Assembly: GCF_000315625.1 (NCBI RefSeq)
Contig: NW_005434652.1
Location: 186,379-250,378, forward strand
From: Guillardia theta CCMP2712
Taxonomy: Eukaryota; Protista; Cryptophyta
Length of the DNA: 64,000 nucleotides
Direction of reading: 5' to 3'
Shown here: positions 19,894 through 33,401 of the stretch, one piece after another
Layout: every line of letters starts with the position of its first letter
Position numbering within the stretch: position 1 is the stretch's first letter
Program-made: the position numbers and the translations under genes
Notes under the pieces: model-generated
Database searches by the model: none
Told to the model about the DNA's origin: nothing
The model's input: the letters and a program-made list of their open reading frames with translations, nothing else

Positions 19894-22800
19894 ATGGCGC
19901 AGCCAGACATACAAGTGAAGAGAAATGAGCTCAAGATCGAATGTGCTTCAACACATCCCATCCATCCACGGAGACGGTCGACCGACACACCGGCAAGGTC
20001 GCAAGTCAACCTCAGAGCAGCTCGACGCCTTCTTCTCAGAGGTCGAGAAACAGTCCAGCCTCTTGCCCCCCATCTCATCCTCGTCGTGTCAGCCGCTCGC
20101 TCACACCAACGACGTGGGCAGGTCGATGATGACAGTTTAGACTTGCATGGTGTAACTGGTCTCACAGAAGTTTGCAAGAGCATCGTCATAAGGTTGGTTC
20201 TTCAAGACATGTACAACCTACTGCGCTCAAGCATTCTGACTGGCTGCACGTAGGGAAGTCCAAAACTGAATGCCAATAGAGCTGTATGCAATGGTAGTCT
20301 TAGACGCATCCAATATGTCTTGGCACTGACTGTTGGCAGAGTCCTGCTACTGGTGCCGTCGACAGAACAGTTGGTGCGGGTGGTGCAGGGTGAGTCCGAA
20401 CAGATCAGAGGTAGTGGATCATGTCAGGTAAGAGTTGAGATGTTCAGTCTTGGTTGAGTGCAAGAAGTTTGACTCGATCAAAGATCGCGGAGCTCACTGC
20501 AAAGAAGTTCGTCTGAGAAGCAGAAGATCAAACGTTCTGCCTCGCAACTCAGTCAGGTGTCCAAGAGATTGTTCGCCATAAAGTCTGGGTCAACACTGGC
20601 AGCATCTGCAGTTGGCAATGGCGCGGATCCGAAAGATGCTGTTGAACTGAGTTATGATCATTCACGAATGACTGAGATCGACAAGCTCCTTGAGCTAGCA
20701 ACGTTTGCGCTCTCAGCCATCTTGAGCAAGGAGCAGCTGAAGGCTCTGACCAGCAGGGTACACGGTTGCCTTCCAACCAGTGCGAACTGACTCGTGCCCG
20801 TCAGGTGCAGCTCAGAAGTTTTGGGGAGAATGAGATTGTGTTCAGAAGCGGCGAGGTGTGTTCTCCTCAAGTCTACACGGTCAGGGTTGAAGATGGTTTG
20901 CCCAAGTTGGCGATGCGACCAAGTTTTTACATCGTTCACTCGGGAGAGTTTCATGCCTACAACAGACGAGACCCGACAAGATTGAAGCCGTTTGAGTGCC
21001 TGCGAAGAGGATCGGTCTTCGGCGAGCTGTCTTTCTTCTTGCAAGACCAACGCCATTGCACTGTCGTGGCGGGTTGTGAGAGTGTCGCGATTGAGGTTCT
21101 TCTCTCCGAAATGCTGCAGATCCTCGTGCCGGAGGAGAAGCTGGCGGATGCGAGAGAGTCGGAGGTGAAGGAGGAAGAAAGCTCCGCTAGTCATCAGGAC
21201 AGATACCTCGCTCTGCTCAAGGGAAACAGATCAAAGAAGGTGAGGCTGCCAGTTGTTCGTAACCTTGTGAGGAGTGATGATGTGATCGTAGGATAAGATG
21301 TACCATTTCTACCGGAGAAAGGCTGAGATTGAGGTGTTTGGCCTCCCGCTCAACGAGGACTCGAGGAAGAGAGAATGGAGGACGGGAGCCTACGCGCGGA
21401 AACTCAAGAGAATCCTCAACTTCGAGCTCACCATCTACTACGTGGTGAAAATTCAGTTTCTCGTCCGTCGGTTCCTGCGCAGGTTGAGGCTGAAGGCGCA
21501 GAAGGCGAGGGAGAGGGAGCGGGAGAAAGCTGCTCTCTTCCTCCAGCGCATTGCTCGAGGCTTCCTGGCGCGGATCTTCTGCAACAAGATGAGGATGACC
21601 AACGGGCTGCAGCCCTTGAACTTCCAGGAGCTCTTCGAGAGGAGGAGGCGAGAGAAGGCTCAGATGCAGATAACGGCGCATGTCAAGCAAGAGTCAGCTA
21701 GGCTCTGGAACCTGTTCAACTTCGCCAACGACAAGATTTTGAGCGTCTATCGACAAGACTTCCGCAAACAACATCTGGAGCAGCTGAAAATCCTCATGAC
21801 AGCCATTGAGGACGGAAAGATCGGCAAGTTTGCCTTCTATGATGTCGCTAAGGACGCGAAGATCCCCGGGAAAGCGCTGAAGAGATGGATCAACGATGAG
21901 AACATCGTCAAGAAGCGCAGGGACGAGGAGACCAACCAAGATTTCGAGTTGCGGAATCAACGGACCAAGGAGCTGCTGGAGGAGCAGTTGCTGGTGTGGG
22001 CAGGCAGGAACGAGTCAGTGCGGGAGGCCATCGGGTTGTGGAAGGTAGAGGTGTTGAGCTACAAGGAAGCGGCTCCCGAGGTCACCAAGAAGCCTCATCC
22101 CCTGTGCAGCATCATCCCTGACTACTACGACATGAAGTCTCTCAGAGAGATCCTGTCGCAGTCAGAGAGCTGGCTGGGACTGAACCCTCCTTCAGCCCGC
22201 TCCGAGGCCTCGCTCGCTGAAGGAGGTTGGATGCTCGACAGCCTGCTCAACCATGTCAGTGAGCAAGAAAACTACGAGCTCCAGCACCAGGAGCAGCTTG
22301 CTCGGGCCCTGGTGGAGACGCATGCTACAGCTGAGAGACCGAGCAGCAAGGTCGAGCTCGAGGAGCCAGCAGGCTTCGGATCGGCATCGTCCTCTGCTGA
22401 AGTCTTGGAAGGTGCAGACGTCAGGCTAGGAGCTCCTGAGCATGAAGCTGCGATCAGGCCGGATGTGGAGATGTTCATTGCGAGGATAAAGGCAGCGCTG
22501 TACCATAGCAAGGTTGACATCAGGAAGATGTTTCTTGCACTCGACAAAGACAAGGATGGCTACCTGTCACTGCATGAGTTTGACAACGCCATGAGGATTC
22601 TCAACGTTCGGATCAACTCACGAGATCTGTATGACATCTCAAAGACGTTTGTTGATGATCGCATGCCGACTCAATTGTGCTTGCGAATGTTCCTCTCGTG
22701 CTTCACATCCGATCTGATCTGCTCGGAGTCCATCACAGACAAAGTCTCTCTCTTCTCCTCCACAGTGATGGCCGACTTCGAGGCGTTTGCTCAGAGCAAG

Positions 22801-23500
22801 GAGAAGCTGGAGCAGGAGCTGATCTCCAAGGGGAGCCACCTCTTGGATCAGTTCTATGACTTACTCTTCAGCAACCAGTGGAAGAGGAGGGAGGACAAGG
22901 TAGAGCTCTTGTCCTTCTGTGCCCTCAAGAGCGTCATCAGCCTCTTCGAGCTCGACTGGCACGACCGAGACACGCTGGTCAGATTTGTCAGAGTTCTCTT
23001 GTACATTCACGAGCAACTTTGGAGTCAGCTGTTGTTGGAGTTGTGCACTTGGTACATGCCGATCGAGTCAGAAGCGCATCTTAGGAAGCAGCTGATAGCG
23101 ATGAAGACAAAGGATGAGCGGACGAGTTTTCATGCGCTCTCACGCAGAATGTCTTGCTTCATGCCGCAGCAGGTGGGGAAGTTGGAGGATGTGAAGTTTG
23201 TGATAGGCTGCAGGAATTGCTCGCGCATCAGTTCTCTGAGTTTGCAAGGGAGAATACCGACACCACATGTGAAGAGGGGAAACTGATGGGTGAGGATGGT
23301 TTGTTTCTAGTTTTTGTTTGACCTTGTTGTAGAAGTGAATATGGATCAGATCAAGCTCAGAAGCTTCAGACTTTGGAGTAAATTGAAGACAGGTTGGTGT
23401 GCTGTTTCACCTTTGCTTCTTTGCGCCACGTCGTGTGCGTTTGCTGACGCTTTCTTGGCGGAGCAGAGAAGGGAAATGTTGTCTTGGAGATGTTCATAGA
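19894..23500 (+). CDS. Cyclic nucleotide-binding, IQ-motif and EF-hand protein
   Basis: cNMP domain FYIVHSGE...GSVFGELSFF...RHCTVVA (20810-21110). IQ motifs VVKIQFLVRRFLRR and AALFLQRIARGFLAR. EF-hand DKDKDGYLSLHE (about 22540-22580). Terminal exons are uncertain. Confidence 0.75.
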
Positions 23501-23839
23501 TGTTTGTAATCAGCTCACAAATCTTTGTCACATAGAAAGAGAAGTTGACGAGCTCTTCCGATAACTTGCATATTTTTCATGCTAACTTGTAATGTCTGTG
23601 CTTTGTTGTAGATATGTGTCTGTGTGTTGTAACTTTCAAGCGTCTTTGTACATAACACTCGTTTTCAAAGAGGCTATTAAAGTCATCTTGAAGTTTACAA
23701 ACGAAAAACAAGAAGACTAAATGATCTTTGCACAAATCAAGTTCACAGACGTAACAGAACAACTTGCTTTGTCTACCTTGAATATGACAAAACTCCAGCC
23801 TGTTCCCCTTCCTGCCTCTCCTCCTATTCACATTCCTCC

Positions 23840-26449
23840 TCTAATCAAGAGTTCGGATACGTCGACCATCAGCTCCACTGCGAATCTGCAAGAGAGATTG
23901 AGCATGAGCAGATTGAGCATGAGCAGATTGAGCACGAGCAGATTGAGCATGAGCAGATTGAGCACGAGCAGATTGAGCACGAGCAGATTGAGCACGAGCA
24001 GATTGAGCACGAGCAGATTGAGCACGAGCAGATTGAGCACGAGCAGATTGAGCACGAGCAGATTGAGCACGAGCAGATCAAGGAGGGATGAGACGAGAAG
24101 AAAGGCAAAAAAGACAGGCCAGATGGTGAGAAGAGCAGAAGATGGAGATGGGCATTAGATGAGGAGCAACAGGTTTTGAAAAAGTAGGGAGGACAGAGGT
24201 GGTTGGCGGAGCGCGACGGGAGGGAATGATGAGTAGGAACAGGAGGACGGAAGAGGAGGGAGGAGAACGGGACAGGTTGAAGAGAAAAGAGCAGGGAAGT
24301 GGGAGAGGAAGAGGATTCTGAGCTGTAATCGGATGTACCACAGCGCTGTCGAGGAGTTGAGGGATATCCTTCGTTAGCATCCTTTCAATGTCATACACCT
24401 GAGATATTGACATCAGCATCCTCCCCTTCTCCTTCTCCCTCTTCCTCTCTCCTCCTCTCTCTTCCTCCCTCCTCCTCGCTCTAACCCCCCCTGGCTCTTG
24501 CCCCTGCCCCTGCCCCTGCCCCTGCCCCTGCCCCTGCCCCTGCTCCCACCCCCCCATCTACTGTCTTGCTTCTTCCCTACATCCTGTTGTTCTGATATAT
24601 CAATTTCAATCTCACGTACCAGATTCTTGTTCAGTCGAGGGATCTCGCGAAGGTCCTGAAACCAGATAAGCGGACAGAAAACCTTCAACCCCCTCATTCC
24701 TCCTGCTCCTCCACAGCATGTTCTCCCTCTTTCCCTGTACCTCTTCTCTTCTCTCTCATTGTCTTGACTTACCTTGATTTCCCTCAGTTTTGTCTTCATC
24801 CTCTCACAATTGGGAAAGTCACCTAGTGGAAGGTTGTACCTGTACGCCATTTACGACTCAGCATTCAGACACATTCCTCCTGCTCCTGCTTCAGCCACCC
24901 CCCCCCCCCTTTCCTCCTCCTCCTCCACCTCCTCCTCATCATCATCATCATCTCTTGTTCCCATTACTCTTGAGTCAGCAGAGCTTCTCACTCTTTCCCA
25001 TCTCACTTCCCTTCCTCCTCCTCCTCCTCCTCCTCCTCCTCCTCCGTCCCTCCGTCCCTCCCCTCCTCCCCCTCCCTCCAACCTCTGAGCAGCAAGCACG
25101 AAGTTGCGATCCAGCGCGTCTATCAAGTCCTTCTGCTTCTCCGCCTTGTTCCACACCGTCACCGTCGCCCACCCAGCGATCTGCTTCCTCAGGTAGTGCA
25201 CGATGAACGCGTGCACCTTCACCGACCGAGCTCGCCGCACCAGCGAGCTCACCCGACGGAGGATCGTGTTCTGCGGCAGAGCCACCAGCTCCTGTACCAA
25301 GTCTGCCTTCTCCCGCTGCAGCAGCAGCGCATGCGCGTTGCTGTTGACCCACTCGGCTGTTGCGGTGCTCTCCTCCTCGTCCCAGAACGAGCCCATGAAC
25401 ACTCGTGGCACCTCCGGCGTTCTCAGCACCTCCCCGAGCGACCACATGAGAGCTCCGTAGACGCGGAGAAGCTGCTGGGTGTCAATCTGCTGGACTTTGT
25501 TGAGCAGGATGCGGATCTTGTCTTGGTGGCCCCGCAGCTTGTCGAGGATGGACTGAAGCTCGTCGGAGATGTCGAGCTTGTGAGCATCGAACATGACGAT
25601 GATCAGGTCTGCTCGAGAAGCAAACCATTCGATGATGGAGGAAAACTCGTACTCCCTCCCCTCCCTGTGCTTCTTGTTCGACAGCACACCCGGCGTGTCG
25701 ATCAGCGTGATGTTGCGCAGCAGCGGCGCAGTGCTCGTCGCCCCGCAGAAGCGGGAGAGGAAGGCGTTGCCAAACTCAGCGAGGCCATGGAAGGGAGAGT
25801 CCTTCTGCATCGACAGCGCATGTCCAGGGATGACCCGCTCGTCGTTGCCCGCCATGACGGCAACAAACTGATCTGTCGTCGGCTCCGGCCCGATGCGCAT
25901 TCCAGGGAAGTCCTTTCCAAGGAGCGCACGGATGAAAGAGGTCTTGCCGACCGAGTACTGGCCGAGAAGGAGGACGATGGGTTTAGCATCAAAGTCTGAA
26001 GCCTCCAGCGTCGATCCCTTGGAGAAGAACGAGTACCACGACGCTTCCTCCAACGGTTTGACCCTCTTGATGTACAGGTTCCTCAACCCCTCGAACACCT
26101 TGTCCTTGTCCAGTGACGTCTGCGTCTTGTTCACGAGCTGCAGAACGTTCTCACTCTGCGGATCCCCGCTAGACGCTCCCAGTCCCATCCCCTGCCCTCT
26201 CATCTGCCCCCCATATCCTCCTGCTCCACCCTCCCTCATGCTCTGCATGTTGGGGGCGTCAGGCCTGCGAGCGAACATGGCCTCGTCCTCGTCAGAGTCG
26301 GAGTAATCCTGCCCCCCCCACAACTTCAGCAGGCGAGCAGAAGGCCTGAAGGCATCGCAACGAGACAGGCTGAGAGACGGAGGAGAAAGGGCCTCCGATG
26401 CCGCAGGCATGCAGGAGCTAAGGAGGACCAGACATGCGATCGGAGCCAT
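23840..26449 (-). CDS. EHD-family dynamin-related ATPase with N-terminal signal/bipartite leader and no evident EH domain
   Basis: Motifs GQYSVGKT (P-loop), IGPEPTTD, IDTPG, FDAHKLDISDE, LRVYGALMWSLG, PEVPRVFMGSFW and RSVKVHA. Later exons encode YNLPLGDFP and MLTKDIPQLL. The 3' end is approximate. Confidence 0.9.
23895..24074. repeat. Minisatellite 12 x 15 bp AGATTGAGCAYGAGC
   Basis: Directly counted. Probably lies in the last intron or 3' end of the EHD gene. Confidence 0.95.
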
Positions 26450-27256
26450 AGAGCTATGGACGGCGCTCTTCATGCTTCTACGGCTCTTGTACGGTTGCAA
26501 TTTGCACCTGACTGGACAACAGGATTTCTGGGAGGGGAAGAAGGAGCCTCCAGCTTCAATCTAGAAAAGATTGCAAGGTTTGAACTTTCTTTGCAACTCC
26601 TGGATGACAAACGAGTGCTTGCTCCCTTTGCCCTAGTGATAAGCTCTCCTCCTCTCGGGGTCTTCTGTAGTTCGAGTTTCTCTGGTTTGCATGAAGATCT
26701 CGAAGCCACTCCCTCCTTCCAGATTCGCGTGACGTCAGTCCTTGCTTTCGCCCACCCTCCGTCCTCTCCTTCAGATGGACGTCCCTTCCCTTGTTGTCTC
26801 TACTGACCTCTCTCCTCCCTTCCTCTGCTTGTTCCCCTCTCCTCTCCTCTCCTCTCCTCTCCTCTCCTCTCCTCTCCTCTCCTCTCCTCTCCTCTCCTCT
26901 CCTCTCCCCTCCTCTTCACTACTTCGCACTTCGGCCTCCTCGGGCCATGCTTGACCTCCTTATCACCCACCCTACTTTAGGTAGGGCTACTACCTACTCA
27001 TAGTAATTTCTACCCCCATAACGATTCTAATTGAACCCGGTACTTGTCCTTTATACGGACCCCCACCCTGGGAACAGACCTAACACCACCCACGTCTTCA
27101 TCATAGGGCATACTACCCCTTTCGATCTAGGGTCTACCCCACCAAAATTAAGTACCCGGTTCTTCAACTGTGAATTGTTCTTGAATCATAAGGTGGGTAC
27201 TTTTGGAATTGGACCTCATCCCCTACTGACCACTTTGGCGGGAAAGAAGCCCTTCC

Positions 27257-30076
27257 ATGGCGGCGCTTCCGGACACCATGAAGGACGACGACGACAAGAT
27301 GCAGGTGAGGAGGAGGAGGAGGAGGAGGAGGAGACGAGCAGAAAAGGTCAACCGGGCAAGGATAGGGAGGAAGGAGAAGGGAGGAGCGAAGCAGAGCAGA
27401 AGCATAGTAGGATAAGTAGAGCAAAGGGATGGTAAATGGAAAGAGGACAGATGTAGAAAGACCAATGGTGATGTGGTGTAATGTAATGTGATCTGATGTG
27501 AGGAGAGGAGAGATAATCTCAGAATGAAAGAGGGCTGCGAATGAAGAGTTTTATGGATGATGAAAAGCTACTGTACAACGAATGTGACATCATCTTTCAG
27601 CTTGATAGGACGGACATTGATTGCGACTTTTCCACCAAGTTCGTTACCCAGCAAAAATCTCTTGCAGCACAATACGCAGACGTCTACTACCTCCGTCTAA
27701 TGACCTTGAAGCATGGTTTACTGGACGAGGCACGATCAAAGTGCAAGGTGTACAAACCCGCAAACAGGATCCTCGACTTGGAAGTTGGGCAGAAGAGTAT
27801 GATCGTGGGAACATTGTTGAAAGTGATGAAGTTCAGACCAAACATTCTTGACGAGTTCAACAAGGACGTTGAGAATATCTCGAACGAGTCCTTCAAGAGG
27901 AACCACTACTCCAGCGACGATGACTATGTGATCATGGAGGACGAAAGCGGTCGAGTCAACCTGAGGTTTCCCGAAGACAACAATATGGTGACGAGGAGGT
28001 GTGGTGGTGGACACAGAAGTTCTGAAGACATACCAGGCGAGGATGCTAGTCACGGGAGTGATTCTTGCTGCGTACGGTCAGTTGGGCGAGGATGGAACCT
28101 TTCAGGTGGACGAGCTCCAGAATCCTGGCCTTCCTCCTCAGATTCCGACAGGTGAAGAGGCATTTTGTTGATTGTGCAAAGAGAAGAAGGAGGAGAAGGT
28201 CGTGAATGTGGAGGAAGAGAAGGGGTACGAATGAACTTGATGGAGGGCAGATAGTAAGAAGGGCAGCAGAGCGATTTGAGTTCCAATGGTGATGACGTCA
28301 AGCAGGAAAGATGGAGGGAGAGCCAAAAATCATACTAGTGTCTGGGTTAGAGCTCGGGAATCCTGATTCAGATCCGCTGGCAGTAGACATGCTGGTCGAT
28401 TATGTAAGTGTTGGAAGATTTTGACATGCTGGTGTTGACCAGCTGGGCAGATTACTGGCAACCTTGGAGGGGTGGAGACATTTGTGATATATTCTTTGTG
28501 TTCTTGTTCCACTTGTTGACATGCTGCAAACAGCAAGAAAGTGCGAAAGTTGCAAAAGTCATCATCGCAGGGTCTTCTTGCTTCTTTTCCAGCGAAAACC
28601 GTTCCAGCGCCCTATACCGCAAGGCTGATCCGAGTCAGACCAGAGCAAATCAGAAAGAAACAGCCAACCCTGTATTCTCATCTCTCCTGTTCTGTTCTCT
28701 ATTCCTCCTCACTTGCAATTCCTTTTTTCCCTTCCCTATTCTCCTTCCCCCACTCTAAGTATACTTTTTGTCTCTGTCTCTGTCTCTGTCTCTGTCTCTG
28801 TCTCTGTCTCCTCTCCCTGTTCTATCCTCCTTCTCTCGTTGTCATCATCCTTTCCTAATGGTGTCTACATCAGGTCAGAGAGCTTGACCTTCTCTTAACG
28901 AGGTTGAGCTCCTCCGTCGCTGTGGACATTCTGCCAGGAGCAGGCGACCCATCCAACGTCTTCATGCCTCAGCAGGTGCTACTGTTTCTCCTTCTACACC
29001 TCTCGTTCTTGTACTTTTCCTTCTCCTCGTGTACCATGTTGCCCTTCTACCTCTCTCCTCTTGCCCATCCTCTCTCTTCCCTTTCCATCTACATACTCCT
29101 TCCTATCTTCTCCCCGTTTCCTGCTTCTCGGATCCTCCTGCTCCCTTACGTTGCTGCTCAGCCTTTTCACAATTGTCTTCTACCAAGTGCCAATACATAC
29201 TCCTCCTTCCGACCGACAACGAATCCGTGCGTCTCTTATCACCTCCTCCTCTACGTCTGAAATCACCCTGGCAGGTATGAGAGCAGAATCTTCGAAGACC
29301 CGGAGGCGAAGGAGGAAGGAGTGATCATCATCGGAACCTCAGGGCAGAATGTCGAGGACATTCAAAGATGTAGCGAAGTCGAAGATCCGCTCGATGTTAT
29401 GCAGAATCTGCTGCAGGTGAGTAACAATTGTAGAGGAAAACGTGCATATGTTGGTCAATGTGTTGATATCTCACATACGCATACTTGTCATTGCCAATTT
29501 TCTTTCTTCCTTGAACTTCTTTTCTTCTCTTGTGTCCACCATGTATTGGTGTTGTGTTGATGTGTTTCTTTATCTTTGTATGCTTCACACTGGGGTTGTC
29601 ACCCTCAATTTACGGCTGACTTGTCAATCTCGCAGTGGAGGCATCTTGCTCCAACTGCCCCCGACACCCTGCCTTGCTTTCCGGTGAAGGACGAGGTTCG
29701 ACTGAAACTGTTTGAGTCTCCACCTTCCCCACCCCGCCCCCTCCCCCTCGCTGTCTTTTTCTTTTCTCCTCCCTCCCTCCTTCGCTTCCTTCTCGCTCCT
29801 CCCTCAATGCGTTTTTCCTTCCCCCCTCCCCTCCGCATCCCTTCTTTCTTTTCGTAGAATCCTTTTCCTCCTTCCTCCATCCATCTGTTTGTCTCTCTTC
29901 GACTTGTGCAAGGCTGATGATTCATTCAGGACCCCTTCATCCTCCCCCACTGCCCTCACATTTTCTTCGCGGGAAATCAAAAGGTACCTCCCACAGAAAA
30001 CTTGACCACCTTCTCCTTCTCCTGCTCCTTCTCATGCACAACACCTCTCCTTTCTGCTCTACTCTAACTTCTCTTA

Positions 30077-30116
<40 letters not shown>

Positions 30117-30296
30117 ACTTGTCTGATTTTTCTGCAGACGTTCGGGAGCAGGACGATCGACGGCGAGAAGGGACAGAAGTCGCTCTTAGTCTCCGTCCCC
30201 TCCTTTTCACGCACCAAGACAGCGGTGGAAGTGGACGTGCGGACTCTGACTGCTACTCCTATCTCCTTCGGGACTGAAGCCTTCCATCAAGACTGA
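27257..30296 (+). CDS. POLD2: DNA polymerase delta small (B) subunit
   Basis: Exons encode QYADVYYLRL, MEDESGRV, VDILPGAGDPSN..MPQQ/PFH.CLLP, TTNP, GTSGQNVEDI, WRHLAPTAPDTL.CFP, DPFI...CPHIFFAGNQ and LVSVPSF. Stop TGA at 30294-30296. Confidence 0.93.
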
Positions 30297-30399
30297 CATG
30301 CCAAGTAACACGAAACTTTTGTTAAGACCAAATCCTTGCATTTCGCTCCTCCTGCCGCCCCCTCCCTCCTCCTTACACCAGGGAGGGCTGAGCTTTCTC

Positions 30400-31191
30400 T
30401 GACCCTTCGTTGTCTGCCATGAACCATGTCACCGTAATATCTCAGCCAACCTCTCCCTCCCTTCCCTTCTGCTACCTCCCGCTCACCCTCCCTCCTTTCT
30501 ACTCTCCTCCTTTGCTCCTCTCAACCTTTTCCTCGCTACCTGCTGCTCGAATCGTTGTAGTTGCCGCCCCTGCAGAGGGTGAGAGATTTTTCTTCCCTGC
30601 GTTCAGCCGAGTAGTCCGGATGAGGTTGAGCTCGATGACTTCCGACGAAGTGTCTCCTGGAACTGCTGCAATATCACCAAACTATCGCCAGAAGGCCTCC
30701 CTCTCTCCTCAATCTGCTCTCTCATCCTCTACCACAACACACTAACACTCTCTTCTCTTCCACCCCTGATTCTCTCTCCTCCCTCTTCCCCCACCTCTCT
30801 CTCGTCTCGCTCCTCCTCCATCTTCCTCCCCTTGTCTCACCTTTCATGATGCTCCTCGTGAAGGTCAGAGGAATCACCGAATCCTTGGGCCCCCTCATCA
30901 GCACTTGCAACCTGCTCAGCGGGACCCCTCGGACTTGCGTCTTGTCGATCTTGTAGAGTTCGTCCCCGTACTTGAGTTTCGAGCAGCACTGCCCTTCACT
31001 CTCAGGAGAGAAGGACGCAACGAGCAGCCTGCCATCTGAGGTGCTGCGAACTGTGCGAGAGGTCAGACGGTCTGGAGGGGATCTTGTGCGTTCTTACAGT
31101 TAATTCCAACTCCAAAGTTCTGGTCGGCAGATGGAACTGCGCACGAATCGATGCAGTTGAAAGGTTTCAACCAACTCGTGAGGCTCGACAT
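30400..31191 (-). CDS. Small PDZ domain-containing protein (3' end approximate)
   Basis: Spliced translation FGVGINFRSTSDGRLLVASFSPES...KLKYGDELYKIDKTQV...LMRGPKDSVIPLTF matches the PDZ pattern. Confidence 0.75.
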
Positions 31192-31441
31192 GTCTTAGCA
31201 GAGCATGTTCTGTTTTCTTGCAACTAGTCAAAGAGGAAAAATATGGAAGAGAATGCGATTGTGAATCTTGAGTTTTCCCTTGAAGCAAACTACTGCATTC
31301 CGCATCCAACTATCACATTTCAAGTATCTTGATATCGTCAAATCCATCATGTTTCATCGCTCCATACTGAACATTCTTTCACCAGCACGTTTGTATCCCT
31401 CTTTCTGTCTCTGCCTGCCTGCCTGCCTGCCTGCCTGCTTG

Positions 31442-31485
<44 letters not shown>

Positions 31486-31988
31486 CCTCTCTCTGTTTCA
31501 TCTCGCTCCTCCTGCCATGGCATCATGGAATCGTTTTACACTGCTTGGCAGGAGTCAAATTCGGACCACACTACCTCTACCCCAGGGTGTTTACATTTAG
31601 CGGTACCATGACCCCTGTTTTCATCACCCAGTACCCACCAAAGCTAAACCGACTTGGACCCCACCCTCTGGCTCGAACGAACATTGAACGGAAATTGACA
31701 GAAAATACGAAAAAAAAACCGAGACAAACGAGCGGCGGAGGAGGTTGTTGGTGAGATTTTCTTGCAACAACAAGGTTGTAGACGAGTTGTCAGCCACAAG
31801 CATGTGGCAGGTACTCAAGTGACGGGGACGAAGACAATTGTGCCTGCTAGTACATTCGAGCGAGCTTTTAATCATTCATCTTCGTATTTCACAACGAGCG
31901 GCGGGAGGGTCACCGCGCTATTAAATCAATAAGACCAATGCTTGTTATCACACGGGAGGGGCGTAGGATTGATGTGTTTGGAAATATT

Positions 31989-33401
31989 TCAGAGCAAGTT
32001 GAGATGACTTTGTTGATGCCTGAGAAACGCAATCATCACAAACTTCAAGGATGGAGTAATGATAGATATTAAGTACATCAGCAGATTTCGCAGATTTCGG
32101 CGACTTTCTTGCTGCTTTTTGTGTTCTTGTGCCCTGTACGAGAGGTCAGGAATGAACAGAGGAGCTCGTTTGTCATGATTTCTGACCTTTAGAAGATTCC
32201 ACATCTTCTCCACTTCACTCGGGACTGGAAAAAGAATCAATCATCATCGCCACCTACCAGCAACTCCATCGCACCATTCTCCTTTGGTTTCTGCGCTGCT
32301 CTCTTACTGCAAAGAGAGGCACGTTTCAGCACTCACAGCAGCAGCAAGTGAACATGTCACCTCTTCTCTGCGCTGCTCCATGTCGTGTGTTTGGAAGTTT
32401 CCTTGGCCTTCTTTGAATCCATCTCGCTCGCCAACCTCGACACCAAAGAATGTTTGCTACCCCAGAACTCGTTCCAGTTCTGCGATCCGGCTGTGCACCT
32501 TGTTACTGAACAGCCCAACTACTCCCCATCACCGCACCGCTGCTCTTCGCGCGACTCTCGATGCTCTTCGCTTCATCCTCATCCTTGCTGCTCTGCGCAG
32601 CTTCAGTCCAGCAGGATCAACATGTGGGATTCACCTGGTCGAGGATCTTTTCGATTGCCAGCGCCTCCTTCTTCGCAAGCTTGATCTGACCTTTCTTTGC
32701 CTGCGTGCTCAGAGTTACAGAGATAGATGGAGAGCTGATCATAATAGGATAGCCAGCGCAAGGAGAGGAGTGGAGTAGAGACGCAGGGAATGGGATGGAA
32801 TGGGGTAGAAAGAAACGTGATCGAGAAGGAGAAAGTTTATCGTCACCTTGTTGATATCCAAGGCAGAGGATATCACTGAATTCATTGCCTTCTTGCGTGC
32901 AGCCAAACCATGCAGGGTGCCAAGTTGCTTCCGGAGCTGCATCGAAGCATGCATGTCAACTCAGGGCGGATCAAGTCTGAGGACAGGAACCTCAGCGGCC
33001 CCCGAATCGAGTCCATGGTGTGTCTTGGAGTACTGGATCACACTCTTCACAGAGCTGTCGTCCTCCTTCCCCTCGTTGAGAACTTTGACGATGTCTGCTG
33101 CAGCCTGTTCGAGCAAGTAAACCTCATCACAAGGGGACTGAATATGTTGTTCAGATGTACCTTAACAGCAACTTCGTTCTTGCTCTTCATGTCGGACTGC
33201 CAAGGGGACATGTTTCAGCGTAAGAGCGTTCAATCCGAGAAACATAAACATATCTGAGCACATAGAAGCATCAGGGCCTCGTACCTTGGATGCCAAGAAA
33301 GAAGCTTCTCCATTCCCTCCTCCTCCGATGTACGCATAGCAAACGACTACCATGAAGCAGGCGGCAGCGGCGGCTGCCCACGTCCTGCCAGTCCCTGCCA
33401 T
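31989..33401 (-). CDS. Hypothetical protein with N-terminal signal/anchor and helical body (multi-exon)
   Basis: Hydrophobic leader MAGTGRTWAAAAAACFMVVVCYAYI, followed by exons with GT/AG ends. Confidence 0.45.

Noticed and set aside
23721-24158. SRLST-repeat or CSICS-repeat proteins
   Set aside because: They are translations of the 15-bp minisatellite at the 3' end of the EHD gene.
25196-26306. Long + strand ORFs opposite the EHD gene
   Set aside because: Antisense shadows of a GC3-rich coding exon.
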